From the NCBI RefSeq assembly GCF_006345805.1, contig NC_043016.1, forward strand, positions 29,574,001 to 29,638,000: a stretch of DNA of 64,000 nucleotides. The letters run 5' to 3'. Both the position numbers and the translations under genes were made by a program. A model generated the notes under the pieces. The model was not told where the DNA came from and made no database searches. It worked only from the letters and a program-made list of their open reading frames with translations. Source of the stretch: Octopus sinensis (lineage: Eukaryota). How positions within the stretch are numbered: position 1 is the stretch's first letter; every line of letters starts with the position of its first letter. Positions 33,912 to 47,778 of this stretch are shown one piece after another.

Positions 33912-34964
33912 ACCCACCCAGGCCTGTTCCCCATTTTTTTTTTAGGCGGGGGTAGTCACAACAAGACAGCTACATCAGGCATTCTATTCATTTCCCAGCT
34001 CAAAGAGGCATAGAACGCAACCCCCAATATCAGCAGTGGGGCCAGACAGCATATGCTGGTTTGCCCCCGCTGCATCATGCTGATTCCGTACCCCTTTGAG
34101 CAACATCAAAATTCACTCATCCATTCACAAACACTCTCCAAGTTTTCCTATCATTTATAAACTCTCTTGCCTTTCTTGCTCCAACACTTCTAACCACCAA
34201 AGCTTTCTTCACTCCATCCATCCATCCACACAAACTGAGGTCTGCCTCTGTTTCTGCTGCCTACCACTTCAGCCTTCATCACGAAGGTTAGTGGATGTTA
34301 GAAATATTACAGTATCAAATTAAACACTTGTTTTTATTTAGTTTGCTTCCTTGTCACAGAATTTAAACCTTGTTGGAGTTGGCTTCATCTTTCATGTTCT
34401 TGAATAACCGAGATATGTATTTAGTTAATTACTGTGGATAAAGTATGACTTAAAGATTTTGGTTCATTTCACACTCAGTTTCATGTTGTGAAACAGTTGT
34501 CCCATGAACAGAAGACATCAATAGATATTCTGCTACTTATTTCTGATAATTAGGTGAACTGAAGTGATAAAGAATCCTGCTTGAAAACATCTGCAATAAA
34601 ACATCTGCCGGGGATTTGATCTCACAGAGTAGGATTACCAGTCAGCTGTTTTACCTCTGTAGTTTTTGGGTAGAGAGTTCATATCTGGCCAAAAAGCAAG
34701 TGTGTCTGTGTAATATGTAGGAATTTGAATGCTAAAAGATAATTAGTGAAATTTATCTCTCAGAAAGCAGTATTGAATATGAAAATGGAAGCAGTGAGGT
34801 TAATAGCATTAGAGCTACAAATTGTTTTGGTAGTAGATTTTTCGTCTTGGAAATCATTAGCTTTATCAGTTCAGTAATTCACTTTATGAGATTAGAGATT
34901 CTTCTGTTTAAAACATTCTGTTTATACCCAATAACTCTGATCCCATTGTTATCAGTAATAATAA

Positions 34965-35465
34965 TAATAATAATAATAATAAATGTGATCTTAACAGAGT
35001 GGAAATGCTATCATGTACATGTTTTGTCTTGGTATAAAAAAACAGATGGGCTACAGCAAATATTCTGCTCAATACTGTAGATTTGCTTGTCAGTTGCTTA
35101 ACCGTAACCAGTTGAGCATGTCCCTTAGTGGCTGATGATATATGCATCTCTGATCACGAGCAGAAGTAGTGGGGATGCATAATAACCATGTATTGAGAGG
35201 AATTCTCTGGAAACATGGGTGTTTCATTCAACATCCTTAAACAATCCTTCTTTAGGGACCTTTTGAGTGGGATGAGCTACTTGAAGAAAATTCTAACTAG
35301 GCCCCACTTGCAAGGTCATGCGCTGTTTGTCTTGATATAAGGTCACCATGTCGTGCACATATGGTTGTGATGCATGTGCCTGGTGTACCCTTATCAGATG
35401 GATAGTCATGATGGGTATATTAGGCTTCATATACTTGTACCCCAGTGTCACTTTGTCCTCTCACT
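34965..35465 (-). repeat. Unclassified interspersed repeat, probably a non-LTR 3' region
   Basis: Ends in a (TTA)n tail on the minus strand; recalled as a common octopus repeat but single-copy in this window. Confidence 0.35.
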
Positions 35466-36721
35466 CAGTAATAATAATTTTTTTGCATGGACACAAGGAC
35501 ACAAATTTTATTTGGAGTCGGGGGTTTAGTTTATTAAATTGATCTCTAGTTTTTGATTGAGACTTTATTTTATCAACCCTGGAAAGATAAAAGGCAAAGT
35601 TTACCATGGCAAGATTTGAACTTGGAATGTAAAGAGATTCCATTAATGTCTGGTGCTGTACTGATTCTATCAAATTCTCTTACTTTAGGGATGATATTGC
35701 CAATGCCATCCAATGCTTAACCTTTTGTTTTAAGTCTTCTGTATTGGAATTTTGTCTGAACAACTCTCTTTCTCTCCCACCCATTATTTGCTGATCTGTT
35801 TGTTTTAGAAAATCACATTGATTCTATTGTCTTGTCAGGAGATTAAGGTTAATCAACAACATATTTAATCTTCCTGCTAAGCAATTAATTAGGATATTAA
35901 ATGCAGTTGTTACTTTAAATCATCACTGTCCCAAACTTTGTATTAATTGTTCTATAATGAAACATTTAGTATGTTAATGAATTACTGAATAGCAAGACAA
36001 ATTGTCTCATGGAGATGAGGACTACTTTATGAAAGGTTAAAGGTTAAAATTCTGTTATGGTTCATGTTATTGATGTTGAGTAGTCCATATCAAACTAGAT
36101 TAAAGTATGACCGTCCCATCTTTACAGGTGTATCCAGGAATATATTAACATTGTTTTCCTTTTTTCATAAAGACAGTATTTGCTGAGGGATGTTTTGGTT
36201 GCTTTTTCTAGTGGGTGAAGAAACCATATAAAGGTTGCCTTCTTGGCTTGTGGCTGTCATGTTATTTATTTGAATAAAGTAGATTATTACCCTCGTTGAC
36301 TCAGTTTGTGTATTAGGGTAAACACTCCACCCTTGTTAGTTTTAAAATAAATACCCTACTCCTATTGTGAAATTACATTCTCCAGGAATTATTTAAATCT
36401 CTTTGGTGTCTTGAACAAATGTCTTCCACTGTAGACTGGGTCAGTCAATGCCTTATAAGTGAATTTCTTGGAAATTGTGAAGAGGCCATCCATATATTTA
36501 TTCAAGTGTGTATGTGTTTATGTGTTTGCTTTTCCCCCCCTTGACAACTGGTGTTGATTAGCTTATGTCTCCCTGACTTAGCAGTTTGGTAAACAGAGGC
36601 TGATAGAATAAGAACCATAATTGAAAATAAGTACTAGGGTAATTTTTGGTTGACTTAAACTTTTCTGGCTGCAGTCTGATGACACAAACGAGTAAAAAGG
36701 AAAAAATGTTTTACAATTATA

Positions 36722-37135
36722 GGCACAGGCATGGCTATGTGGTAAGAAGTTTCCTTTCCTACTACATGGTTCTGGGTTCAGTCCCACTGCATAGCACCTT
36801 GGACAAGTGTCTTTTTACTGTAGTCTTGGGCTGATTATAAAGCCTTGTGAATGGATTTGGTAGATGGAAACTGATAGAAGCACTTTGTTTATATATATAT
36901 ACACACACACATGTGTGTGTGTGTGTCTTTGTGTCTGTGTTTGTCCTCCACCACCTCTTGACAACTGGTGTTGGTGTGTTTATATCCCCTTAACTTAGTG
37001 GTTTGGCAAAAAAGACTGACTGAATAAGTACCTTGCTTTAAAAAAAGTGAAGTACTGTGGTCAATTCCTTTGACTAAAATTCTTCAATTCTGTGAACCCC
37101 ACCACAAGACTTGCACTCTAATGACTGAAACACAG
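36722..37135 (+). mobile_element. Older full-length SINE-A
   Basis: Collinear with 47779-48179 but more diverged. Confidence 0.8.
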
Positions 37136-37896
37136 AAACCACAAAAGACAATAGTTCCATCCATTCTGGCACACAGATACATAAGTATTATTATAAAGCA
37201 TTAATTATGTGAAGTTAATCCACTAACAGACCTCAAAAACCCACTGAACCTGTAGTAAACTCCTTCACTCTCTGTAACATTCAAGCAAATGAAAGAGACA
37301 TGGGTAACATTTCCCCAGAGGACGATCTGGTACATGTTGTAAGAAAGAGCCGGGTGACCTGCAACCCTGTGGAATTAAGTGTATTTGGTCAGAGAGCACC
37401 GGGTTATTAATTGCATAGTCACCACACAGCACTATCAGTGGTTTCCAAATTAAGTGGCTGGTGGTCATGGCCTGTTAAGTCACTTAATACTGTGTATCAC
37501 ATTAGTTTGGTAGTATTTTAATTACTGGTTTAATCGGTGGAAGAGAACAATGAAACTACTGTTTAACTCATTTAGTGAACTGTTGAAACAGTGGAGAAAG
37601 AAGGACAGGCGATGAAATAAGCAAATAAGAATGAAAATAAGAATGCACTGTCAGTGTTTTTCTGAAGGAGTTACAAGGTCTTTTATTAATCAACAACCTT
37701 GTTAACCATATTCTCTGTATAGTTGTAGAATAATAGATGTACATACATGCGTGCACACATTTATATGCATACACACACACACACATATATGCATGTATGT
37801 GTATTTATGTATATATTTTAATATTTATATGTGTATTTATATGAATATATTTGTGTATGTGTGTATATATATATATAATATATATATATGTAGATA

Positions 37897-37958
<62 letters not shown>

Positions 37959-38350
37959 TCTACATATAATATATATATATATACAACATACACAAATATA
38001 TTCATATAAATACACATATAAATATTAAAATATATATATATATATATATATATATTTGTGTATATATATGTGTATATATGTATATATATATGTGCATGTA
38101 CGTATGTGTATTTGTGTATATATATATATATATATATATTAATCAATATAGGGTGGCAAAAAATTTCGTAGAATTTATTTGCCACCAGCGGCCTAGTGGA
38201 AAAAATTAAATAGTCATAGACCATTTATAAGTTCAACATCACAATCAAGGAATGGCCATAATAGGCCATTTACCCACTAGAAATAACAGCCAAAGCTTCA
38301 ACCGCAAAATAACATTAATTCCGCAAAACCAGGAGAAAATTAAAAAAATG

Positions 38351-38382
<32 letters not shown>

Positions 38383-41300
38383 TTATGTGTATTTATGTAT
38401 GTATGTGTAGACAACTTCATTGGTCATCAAAATCAGCTGAAATATTAATGTTGTTTCACTCCAAGCCTGCTTTCATTGATGTAGACACACTGGCCACAAA
38501 CATTCTGATTTTTGTCCAAGCAACATATTATCTGAATGAATAGTACAGCTGTGTGGTTAAGAAGTTCAAATTCGAAAGTCTATCATTTTGCTTCATTCAC
38601 TCCCACTACATAACATCATGGCCTCTTGCCTTCAACCATTGACCTATTATTGACCCTTCAACCATTGAATGAATCTGTTGATGGAAACAAACTGTTGAAA
38701 GCCTGTGGTATATATATGTGTGTGTGTGGTGTGCATATTTTTTAATGATGATATCCCATTGTTTCACTGTAGCAAAAAATAAAATAAAATGTTTAGATTA
38801 TGACTGGTTGCTTACAAAGACTTGTGGAATTAGAACTCCCTTATTTGAAAAATTGGTAAGGATTAGCAATAGGAAAAGTATTCTACTCATTAAATCTTAC
38901 CTCAAATACATCTTTGTCCAACCCATACTATCACACAAAAACACAGGTCTTAAGCAAAGAGTTGAAATGCACACCTATTTTTCCTTTCATCTTTTTAGGG
39001 TTGATACAAAAAAAAAAAAATTTGTACCATTTCAGTGTTTTGGATTGGCAGAGATGTAAGAATGTGGAACCACATGCCTTGTGTTATATGTTCCAACCTT
39101 TTGCTCTTTGAGTTCAAATCCTGCATGGGTCTACTTGCATAGAAATCTTAACCTGTCACCTGTTTACTCAGTGCCTTAAGTACTTTTAGTAGTCTTCAAT
39201 GCATGTATTTATGTCAGATCTCTGGTTTGAAGATACTGTCCTCTCCTTTCCACTAATCTCAGAGACCCTGTAAAAGTTCAAGGACACGGTCCTTCCCACC
39301 TGACTAAAAGATTTTCTAAAAAATGAAGTAAAATTTTCAATGTTAGCTTTCTTCATAATCTGACAAATTTTTTAAAAAAATTTAAAAAGAAATTTCTTTT
39401 CACCTCTGTGGTAAGAATTTTACTTCTCTACCTCATGGGCCTATGTTTAGTCCCACTGCATGACACCTTAGACAAGTGTCTTCTACTAACGCTCTTGTTT
39501 GACCAAAGCCTAGTGAGTGGATTTGGTAAATAAAAACTAAAACAAGCTTGTATATATATGTGTGTGTGTTTGTCTGTAACTTAGCAGATTGATAGAGTAT
39601 GTAGCAGGCTTTAAAAAAATGTACTGTGGTTGATGTGTTTCACTGAACCCTTCAAGGTGGTGCTTCGGCATGGCTGCTATCCAATGACTGAAACAAGTAA
39701 ATGGTAACTTCAACTGCAATTAAAGAAGGCTTGAATAGAATTTGCTGCTTTTATTTGCTAGTTAATAATGACATCAGTTTGTCTGAAGATCAAATCTTCA
39801 GTAATGTTATATTTCTTATAGCATGATATCTGACTGTAGAGTCAATGCCCTGGAGCTTATCCAAACTTGCAAGATGTTTAGGTTAAGTTAGAGTACAAGA
39901 GTACTTTCTGAACTGTCTGTCTGTAGGATTTATTGCCCCTCCTCCCCAGCTGTTGCTGGTACTTATTTTCAGCTGAGTGGACAGAAGCATTTTGTTATGT
40001 AGTTCTTTGTTCAGTTTGGGAATGAAACCCAAGGCCTCAAGTTCATGATCCCAACACTCTAGCCATAATGTCATGCACCTTCATATAATAATATGATAAA
40101 GTAATTAGTAAAATACCTTAACAAAAGAGGATCATTACTGTTTCTTTTGTTTCATTAACATTAATTTTTTTTAATTGGAAATATAAAAACGCTCATGTAT
40201 TGCATTGAAATTAGTTTGTTATGTTGACATATTAATTATTAATTCTTGCTATAATTCACACTCTAATTAAATTTGGTTTCAGTAGTATTTTTCTGTAGTC
40301 AATAGAATGAAAATGTTAAACGAAATATGATAATAATAATGATAATAATAATAATAATAATAATAATAATGTTTTGCAATGTTTTTCTTTAAATAAATAT
40401 TTAAATTTTGTTAAAAATAGCATGATGTAATAACTGTATTAGATATAACAGTATATTTTGAGATTACTCATAATTATGGTATACTGGAATTATTGCTGTA
40501 ATCATTATCAGTCTGGTTATAGTGTGTGGTAAAAAAAAAAAAAAGTCTGGCATGTGATCTGTAGTTGATTTTGTATATTTTTTTTGCTTTTTTTGTTTTG
40601 TTTTGCTAAGTGCTGAGTGTTGAGCAGTTTTTAGTGTTTGTTCATATTTTCTTAGTTTATTTTTGTTGTTAGTATTTTCTTTTTAAAGTTGTTTCTCTAA
40701 TTTCATGATTCTAGTTTCATACAAAAATAAAACGAAGAAAAGAAAGAGACTAAAAAAAAAAAAATTATTAGAAAAATTAAAGGGGTTCTTGTTGCATTGG
40801 AAGCGTGGCAGTAAAAGCAGGGTTAGATGCGAGGAGGAATGGAATGGGGGTAGGGTGGGATGAGTCATCAGGAAATGAACTGTCAAATAACGTGTGTGTG
40901 TGTGTGTGTGTGTGAAGGAAATATTTCTATTGAACTTCACTGAATGTTGGTGCTGGCATCCAGTGAATCCACCCTCTCACCTCTTCTCTTCGATATTTAC
41001 ACTGGCGTAATATCTCTACGCTAGGATGCGTGTGTAGACACACTGCTGTGCACATGACAAAATAGAATCAGCGTGTTGCAGTCGAAACCTTATCTTAACG
41101 TTGTTACTTCTGTTGCTGCACACATACAGTTAAGCATTTATTAATTTATTTCTTTGCTAGAGAAACCTGTCACCATCCGCGGTGAAGAAGGAGGAGGGTT
41201 TTCGGGAAGAATGTTTAAAGTGATGATGATATACAGTGGTAAATAATTAAATTTATAAAAAAAAAAAAGAAAAAAAAAGGAAAAAAGATAGTGATTTCCT

Positions 41301-41649
41301 CTTTCGCGGGTTTTGTTGACATATTTGCTATGTTGTACAGGAAGTGATTATGTACCGAACGAAAATACTGAGATTGTTCATCTTACTGTTTGTTGACACC
41401 TCCTGAGGTTGAATGTCAGGGAAAAAAAAATCATTAGCGTAAAAAGAAGAAAAAAATTGAAGAAAAATTGTTTTTCAATAAGTGTATCGATGAGAGAGAA
41501 CTATTAATAAATGTAACCAATTTTCTTTAATTTAGGCAGGTGTAACATTGGTATCAAGTTGCAACTGGTGCAAGTGACACAGTGGTTGTTGGTTGGAAAG
41601 GGTGTGTGGGGGTGTGTGTGTGTGTGGGGAGCACAGTCTCTTGTCCTCA

Positions 41650-42380
41650 GTGCCGCACTGTGATGTCACTGTTGTGGAGTGTGATGTCACTGACTGCTCA
41701 GTAAATATACTGTGATAACACTTCACCGTGTCGCATATGGCTCACATGGTTAGAGCATTGGCTTACAGTCTTGAGGTTGTGAGTTCTGTTCCCAGACCCG
41801 GCTGTGTGCTGTGTTCTTGAGCAAGACACATTATTTCACCTTGCTCTAGTTCACTCAGCTGTAGAAATGAGTTGTGACCGTCACTGGTGTCAAACTGTAA
41901 TTGGTCTTTGCCTTTCCCTTGGATAAAATCAGTGGCGAGGAGAGGGAAGGCTAGTATGCATGGGTGACTGCTGGTCTTCCATAAACAACCTTGCCTGGAC
42001 TTGAGCCCCCGGAGAAGAAACTTTCTTCTAGGTGTAATACCATTGTCATTTGTGACCAAAGAGGGTCTTTACTCTTAGATCACTCATGATGCCACTGCAT
42101 CATAGATTACTTGTGATGTTACAGAGCACTCAGTTATATACTGTGTTATCACTGTGACGTTTATGATGTTACAGCCCATTCTCCAGCAATTTGTGATGTT
42201 ACTGTCGTAGATCACTTGTGATGTCATAGCTTATTCAATAACAACTTCTGATGTTACTGACACATTTGTGATGTCACAACTTGTTCAATAATATATTGTT
42301 ATGTTACTGTCACAGACCATTTGTGATGTCGCTCTCATGGATCACCTATGATAACAACCTACTTAGTCATAACCTATGAT
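41650..42380. repeat. Degenerate minisatellite with TGTGATGT(C/T)A core, split by a SINE
   Basis: About 12-14 core copies at 41659, 41680, 41711, 42086, 42112, 42163, 42192, 42217, 42248, 42267, 42297 and 42322. Confidence 0.7.
41733..42074 (+). mobile_element. SINE-C, full length
   Basis: tRNA-like head, GTGTTCTTGAGCAAGACAC hairpin, TTCACTCAGCTGTAGAAATGAG. Confidence 0.78.
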
Positions 42381-42572
42381 ACTGATATTGACTTACAGAA
42401 AACAACTTATGACACAAGAAAACCAATAAAGGCATCTTTATGTGGTCACTTGACAGGGTAGAAATAACAGCTAAATCAACAACAGTTTACATCTTATTGT
42501 CCAAGTAAAAAGGGAGGATATACTGGACAGTGTCCTTCCTGATATACTATACTGGCACTACATTGGTTACAA

Positions 42573-43094
42573 CAATGCAGGTTCCAGTTGATCCAAACAA
42601 CGGAACAACCTACTCTTGGAATTAACATGTAACTGGCTGAGTACACCACAGTCATATGCACCCTTGGTGTAGTTCTCAGGGAGATTCAGTATGACACAGA
42701 ATGTGACAAGGCTGGCCCTTTGAAATACAGGTAGTACTTGTTTTTGCCAGCTGAGTGGACAGGAGCAACCTAAAATAAAATGTCTTTTTCAAGGGCACAA
42801 TGCATCACTGGGAATTGAACTCACAACCTTACAATCATGAGCCAAAAACCTTAACCCTTTAGTATTTAAACTGACCATATCCAGCTCAGATTTTCTACCT
42901 GTTTTATGTTTAAACTGGCCAGATGTGACCTCTCACACCTACCCTACAATGTCACTCTAAAATTTAACAGTTACCTCATCAAAATCTCAATACTACATGA
43001 TAATGTAAGATTAATTAAAAACATGTGAATAGATAAACATTACGTTCGATAGAATAATGTAAATGCTAAAGGATTAACCATTAAGCCACGTGCC
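42573..43094 (-). mobile_element. SINE-C variant split in its tRNA head by a MITE
   Basis: Head GGCACGTGGCTTAATGG-TTAA-GGTTTTTGG is interrupted at TTAA. Confidence 0.75.
42851..43077 (+). mobile_element. piggyBac-like MITE copy
   Basis: TTAACCCTTTAG...AATGCTAAAGGATTAA. Confidence 0.82.
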
Positions 43095-43446
43095 TTCATC
43101 ATCCCTGATGTAATAATAATAAAAAAAAAAGACAACAATCACAGGTGTCTATCTAAATATAAGGAATGCTTTGATCACAGATCAACTCAATCAAGACTGA
43201 CCCAGAGCTGAAAAATAACAGCAAGATAAACAAACAACTTTTTCATTCAGAATTATGTTTAGTTTCTTTATCTCAGAATTTTTTTACTTTTAGTTCTTTC
43301 TTTAATTATATTTTGGTCACTTGTTTCCTTGTATTTTGGTATTGGTCAGTTATACACCTGAGAATTAGTATTATAATAAAACATGGATGTTTGAATTGAA
43401 AATCTTTTCAATTACTGTCCTTTTTAATTTTATATACTCTCTCTCT

Positions 43447-43851
43447 ACTCTTTTACTTGTTTCAGTCATTTGACTGCGGCCATGCTGGAGCACCGCCTCT
43501 AGTCGAGAAACTCGACCCCGGGACTTATTCTTTTTGTAAGCCCAGTACTTATTCTATCGATCTCTTTTTGCCGAACCGCTAAGTGACGGGGACGTAAACA
43601 CACCAGCATCGGTTGTCAAGCAATGCCAGGTGGACAAACACAGACACACAAACACACACACACATACATATATATATATACATATATACGACAGGCTTCT
43701 TTCAGTTTCCGTCTACCAGATCCACTCACAAGGCATTGGTCGGCCCGGGGCTATAGCAGAAGACACTTGCCCAAGATACCACGCAGTGGGACTGAACCCG
43801 GAACCATGTGGTTGGTTAGCAAGCTACTTACCACACAACCACTCCTGCGCC
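43447..43851 (-). mobile_element. Young full-length SINE-A
   Basis: Complete head GGCGCAGGAGTGGTTGTGTGG through tail AAACAAGTAAAAGAGTA on the minus strand. Confidence 0.92.
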
Positions 43852-45754
43852 TATATTGATTTTTATTTTAAAGATAAATTAAATTGTCAAATTTCAATTT
43901 TAATATCTTAATATCATCTCCACTCTGCAACTCAGATCTGAATTTCATTACCCGTACCACTCCACATTTTTCAATATCGATACCCTTCCATATTTAGATT
44001 TTGGGTTTATAAAAAAATACATTTAATTTTCACTAATTTGAAATTTGAAACTAGACATAGCTATGTGATTAAGAAGTTCATTCCAAAATCATGGGCAAGT
44101 GTGTCATCTATCATATTTTTGGTTCAACTGAAAGGTTGAATATTACATTTGGTTTGACAGAAACTATGCAGAACCTACTTGAATTTACTGAACCTGTATT
44201 TGATTGGCATATTTAATCCATCATCAGGTTTAGTGTCATCATCTGACATTTGCATCCCTTTTAACATAGTCCAATATATTGCAAGCATTTGAACCAGTTT
44301 GAATTGATAAAATTACACTGTATCGTATGTGATCTGTTCTTTTCCCCCACCTCACAGATCTCAGAAATCCTGCAATGGCCATGGACACCGGTCCTTCCTC
44401 TTCTAACTATACAGTAAAATGTCACAAGTTGTTTTTAGTTTGGTATCTTAGCAACAGTCTCCACAAAACAAAGGTATCAAGAATAAATAACTTGGATTTA
44501 ACTGAGTTGATTTGATGTGAATAATCATTTTGATCTTGCATTTATGTTTTGTAAAACACCTTGTTAAAGTGGTTGAGAGTGTAAGACAAAGGAGAAGCTT
44601 TTGCAAGCAATCTGACAAAGGTTTCTAGACATAAGTGGATTTTTTTTGTGTATAAGTGCTTTTAGTATTTATTCACTGTTAGCTTCTAGTATTGACTGAA
44701 GTCAATGTTAAGGGTGGAAGTTAGGCTTTACAGAGACTATCAGGTGATGTAGTAAGGTCGGGTGGTTACATGTAGTTACTTTATGGATGATGAAGGTGGT
44801 GAAAACATGTCAGCAGCTGCTGTTTATCTGTTGCCCAAAATGAAGGAAAAAAAATTGTTTAATGGAATATACTTGAAATCCTTGATTTGCCAGTCTAGAA
44901 AAGTAGAGAGGTTACTGTGAATTTTCAGCTTAATTTGGTCATTAAGGGTTCAGTAGATCCTATTTGAAGCCTGTGAAGTATGAGGGTGGAGGGTCATATG
45001 ACTTGAGTTCATTTAAATTCTTTGGCTCGGTAGTCAATGTAGGATACCAACATCAACGTTCACAGTAACCAGGCAGGGAAAAGGATGAAATTAACCTACA
45101 TATCAAAAACACTTGTCTTGAATTCTTTGGTTGAGACTGGAAACCAGAATTCACATGAAAGTGCATATTTTTCAAGACCATCCTTATCTATGGGTGCAAA
45201 TCCTAGCCATTGAGAGCCAAAAATCTCTGAAAACTTAAAGTCTTTGATCACTACTGACTATGTTGAATTCTGTGTGTTTGTTCATTGGACTTCATTTCTA
45301 ACCCCAAATTATGACAATGCTGTTATATCAACTCTCTGCAACAAGTTCTACTCACAAAATGTCTAAAGTAGCTTGGCCAAACTCTCTATGGGTGTCCAAG
45401 GGAATTTATTTGTAAGGTGGTCAACCCAGCTCTCCTCTCAGGCTGGTCCAAACAAGCTGGAGAACAACTGAAGACATGGCTGGTGACAATAAAGGTGAAT
45501 GTGGAAACGCAATTGGGTCCCTGTATCTATGATCTTCAGCTGTGGAACCATTAGTGGGTATCCATTACAGTCTTGACTGTGGCTGACCATTGGATGTGGT
45601 GTGCATTTGTGAAGGACACGGCAAACTCTTTGGTCGGAGTTGGTTCAACCCGTCTGGGTGAATACCACCGCGAGTGCAAGTAGTATGACATCAACATCAC
45701 TGCTGAAAAGATTAAGGAGTAACATAATGGGATATTGGTAAAATGGGCATATTG

Positions 45755-45982
45755 TTAACCCTTTAGCATCTAAACTGGTTATATCCGGCCTAAATATTCT
45801 ACCTGCTTAATGTGCAAACTGACCAGATCTGGCCTCTCACACCTACCCAACAATGTCTTTTTAAAGTAAACAATCACATCTTTGAAATCTCAAAGCTGCA
45901 AAACAGTGTATAATTAATTCAAAACAATGTAAATAAATAATCAATGCATTTTGACAGAGTAATCTGAATGCTAAAGGGTTAA
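45755..45982 (+). mobile_element. piggyBac-like MITE copy
   Basis: TTAA-CCCTTTAGCAT...ATGCTAAAGGG-TTAA, perfect 11-bp TIR plus TTAA TSD. Confidence 0.87.
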
Positions 45983-46779
45983 ACATGAAATTAATTTCAG
46001 GTGGTAGAACAGTGGGGTGGCACTGGGTGGTGTGGTCTATAGCAGTGTAGTGTTTGGGTGGTGTGATGCTTTAATTTTTGGGGATGAGAAACTCATTTAG
46101 ATTGGTTCTCCAAAACCTTGATTTTCAGGAAAAGAACCAGGTTTTGGCTGCTCGTCTTGAACTTTCAACTTCAGTTGCAGAATGTCATTTATGCTGCTAT
46201 TCCTCAAGTGTGATCCTTTTTTTTCCACCCATTCATTAACTATTTTCTTTCTTTTTCTTCATTCTTTGTTTTGTTTTTATTTTTTAGTTATATTCTGCTA
46301 TTTATGCCTTAGTTACAACTGAAAAGGAGGAATGTAATAAATAAATAAATAAAGACTGAAATTTGAATAGATTAACATTTTAATTTTAAATTGACTTTTA
46401 ATTTTCAATATCAGTGTTATTGCATGTATTCAAATTTAGATGGATGAATCAGAGATTTTTTTTTTTTTAATCTGAAATTTAACTCTACCACCAACACAAA
46501 AAAAAATTTTTTTTAAATATTAAGCTGAAGTTTTTGTTATTTAAATTATAGTCTTTAGAGAAATGGTAGTGCCAGTAGCCTTCATGGTTGACCCAAGCAG
46601 GAGAAATTGTTGTTGTTGACATTTTCTGCATATGGTGTTTGTGAAACAAAAATAATGGCATAGTTTCAGAATGTTTCAGCTCTAGGATTAAAGTTTATTT
46701 TGGGTACACTGTTGTTTAATCCTTGATCAGTCTTATTCCAGAAGACTGATCTAGGTGATTCTTCTTTTGCTTACTTCAT

Positions 46780-47640
46780 GTCTTTATAGTCTTCACAAGT
46801 CTTCAGCATTCAAGGCCCATGTCTCGCTACCATGTAGTACTGCAGTTCTAACAAAAGCAATGTAATAGTGAGAATTTTGTTGCCAGCAGCTTTCTAAACT
46901 TTTTCCAATTTATTCTCACCTTGGCAATAGAATCTATCGACTACTAATGAACTAGCTGGGTTTTTATGAAAGTCTTTTATTTCGGCATGATTTCTACAGC
47001 TTAATGCCCTTCCTATTGCCAACCATTTTACATGGTGTGTTGGATGCATTTTAGAGTCCTCAGCCCTAGAAATATTGTCTTGTGTAGGAGGATCAAGAAG
47101 TCCTCTCTATCCTGTTTCCGTTCTTATATAGAGTAAAAGCCCTCTTCCATGAATAAATTGCTTTTGTCTGATATGGTCCTTTGTCTCACTACACTACCCA
47201 CAATAAACACTAAAAGCATACTGGAAACAGATTTCATAAATATCCATCTAGTTCATTAGAAGTAGTTGATAGATCCTGTTACCTAGGTGGTATAATTTGC
47301 AGAGGCGGTGGTTTTTCAGATAGTAGCCAAGGTAAGAATAGATTGGAAAATGTTAGAGAAAGTGCTGGCAACAAAAATCTCACTCAGAGTGATAGGCAGA
47401 CTGTATGATGCTTGTATTAGAACTGTGATACTGCATGATTGTGAGACATGGGCCTTGAATGTTGAAGACTTTTCAAGACTAGAAAAAAAAATGAAGCAAG
47501 CATGTTCTGTTGGATGTGTAATGTTAGTGTACTTGAACACCAAGGTACAAATGAGCTGAGAGAGAAATTGTGTATAAGAAAGGAGTCTATGTTAATATGG
47601 GCATGTGATGTGTATGGAAGATGATTGCAGATGAGGGAGG
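46780..47640. mobile_element. Two old RTE RT fragments in opposite orientation (46780-46950 minus; 47250-47640 plus)
   Basis: Both encode the (A)KVRI.WK...RT.VL/IL H..ETWALN.ED segment. Confidence 0.7.
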
Positions 47641-47778
47641 TCAATGAAGAATTTACATTATTTTATTAAGGTTATTTCTACTAGTACTGATTTTTGCTGT
47701 TTTGTATCGTGATGTCAGATGTCTTGATATGAAATGTTGTAGCAAGAAATCAGTGCTGACTGTGATTTCTATAGAATA

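Noticed and set aside
41650-42380. C/D-box snoRNA cluster suggested by TGATG motifs
   Set aside because: Cores are TGATGT, not RTGATGA, and lack regularly placed CTGA D boxes and terminal stems.
45300-45345. USP Cys-box-like CYINSLQQVL
   Set aside because: Needs a frameshift to gain the preceding N, no His box follows, and stops are nearby.
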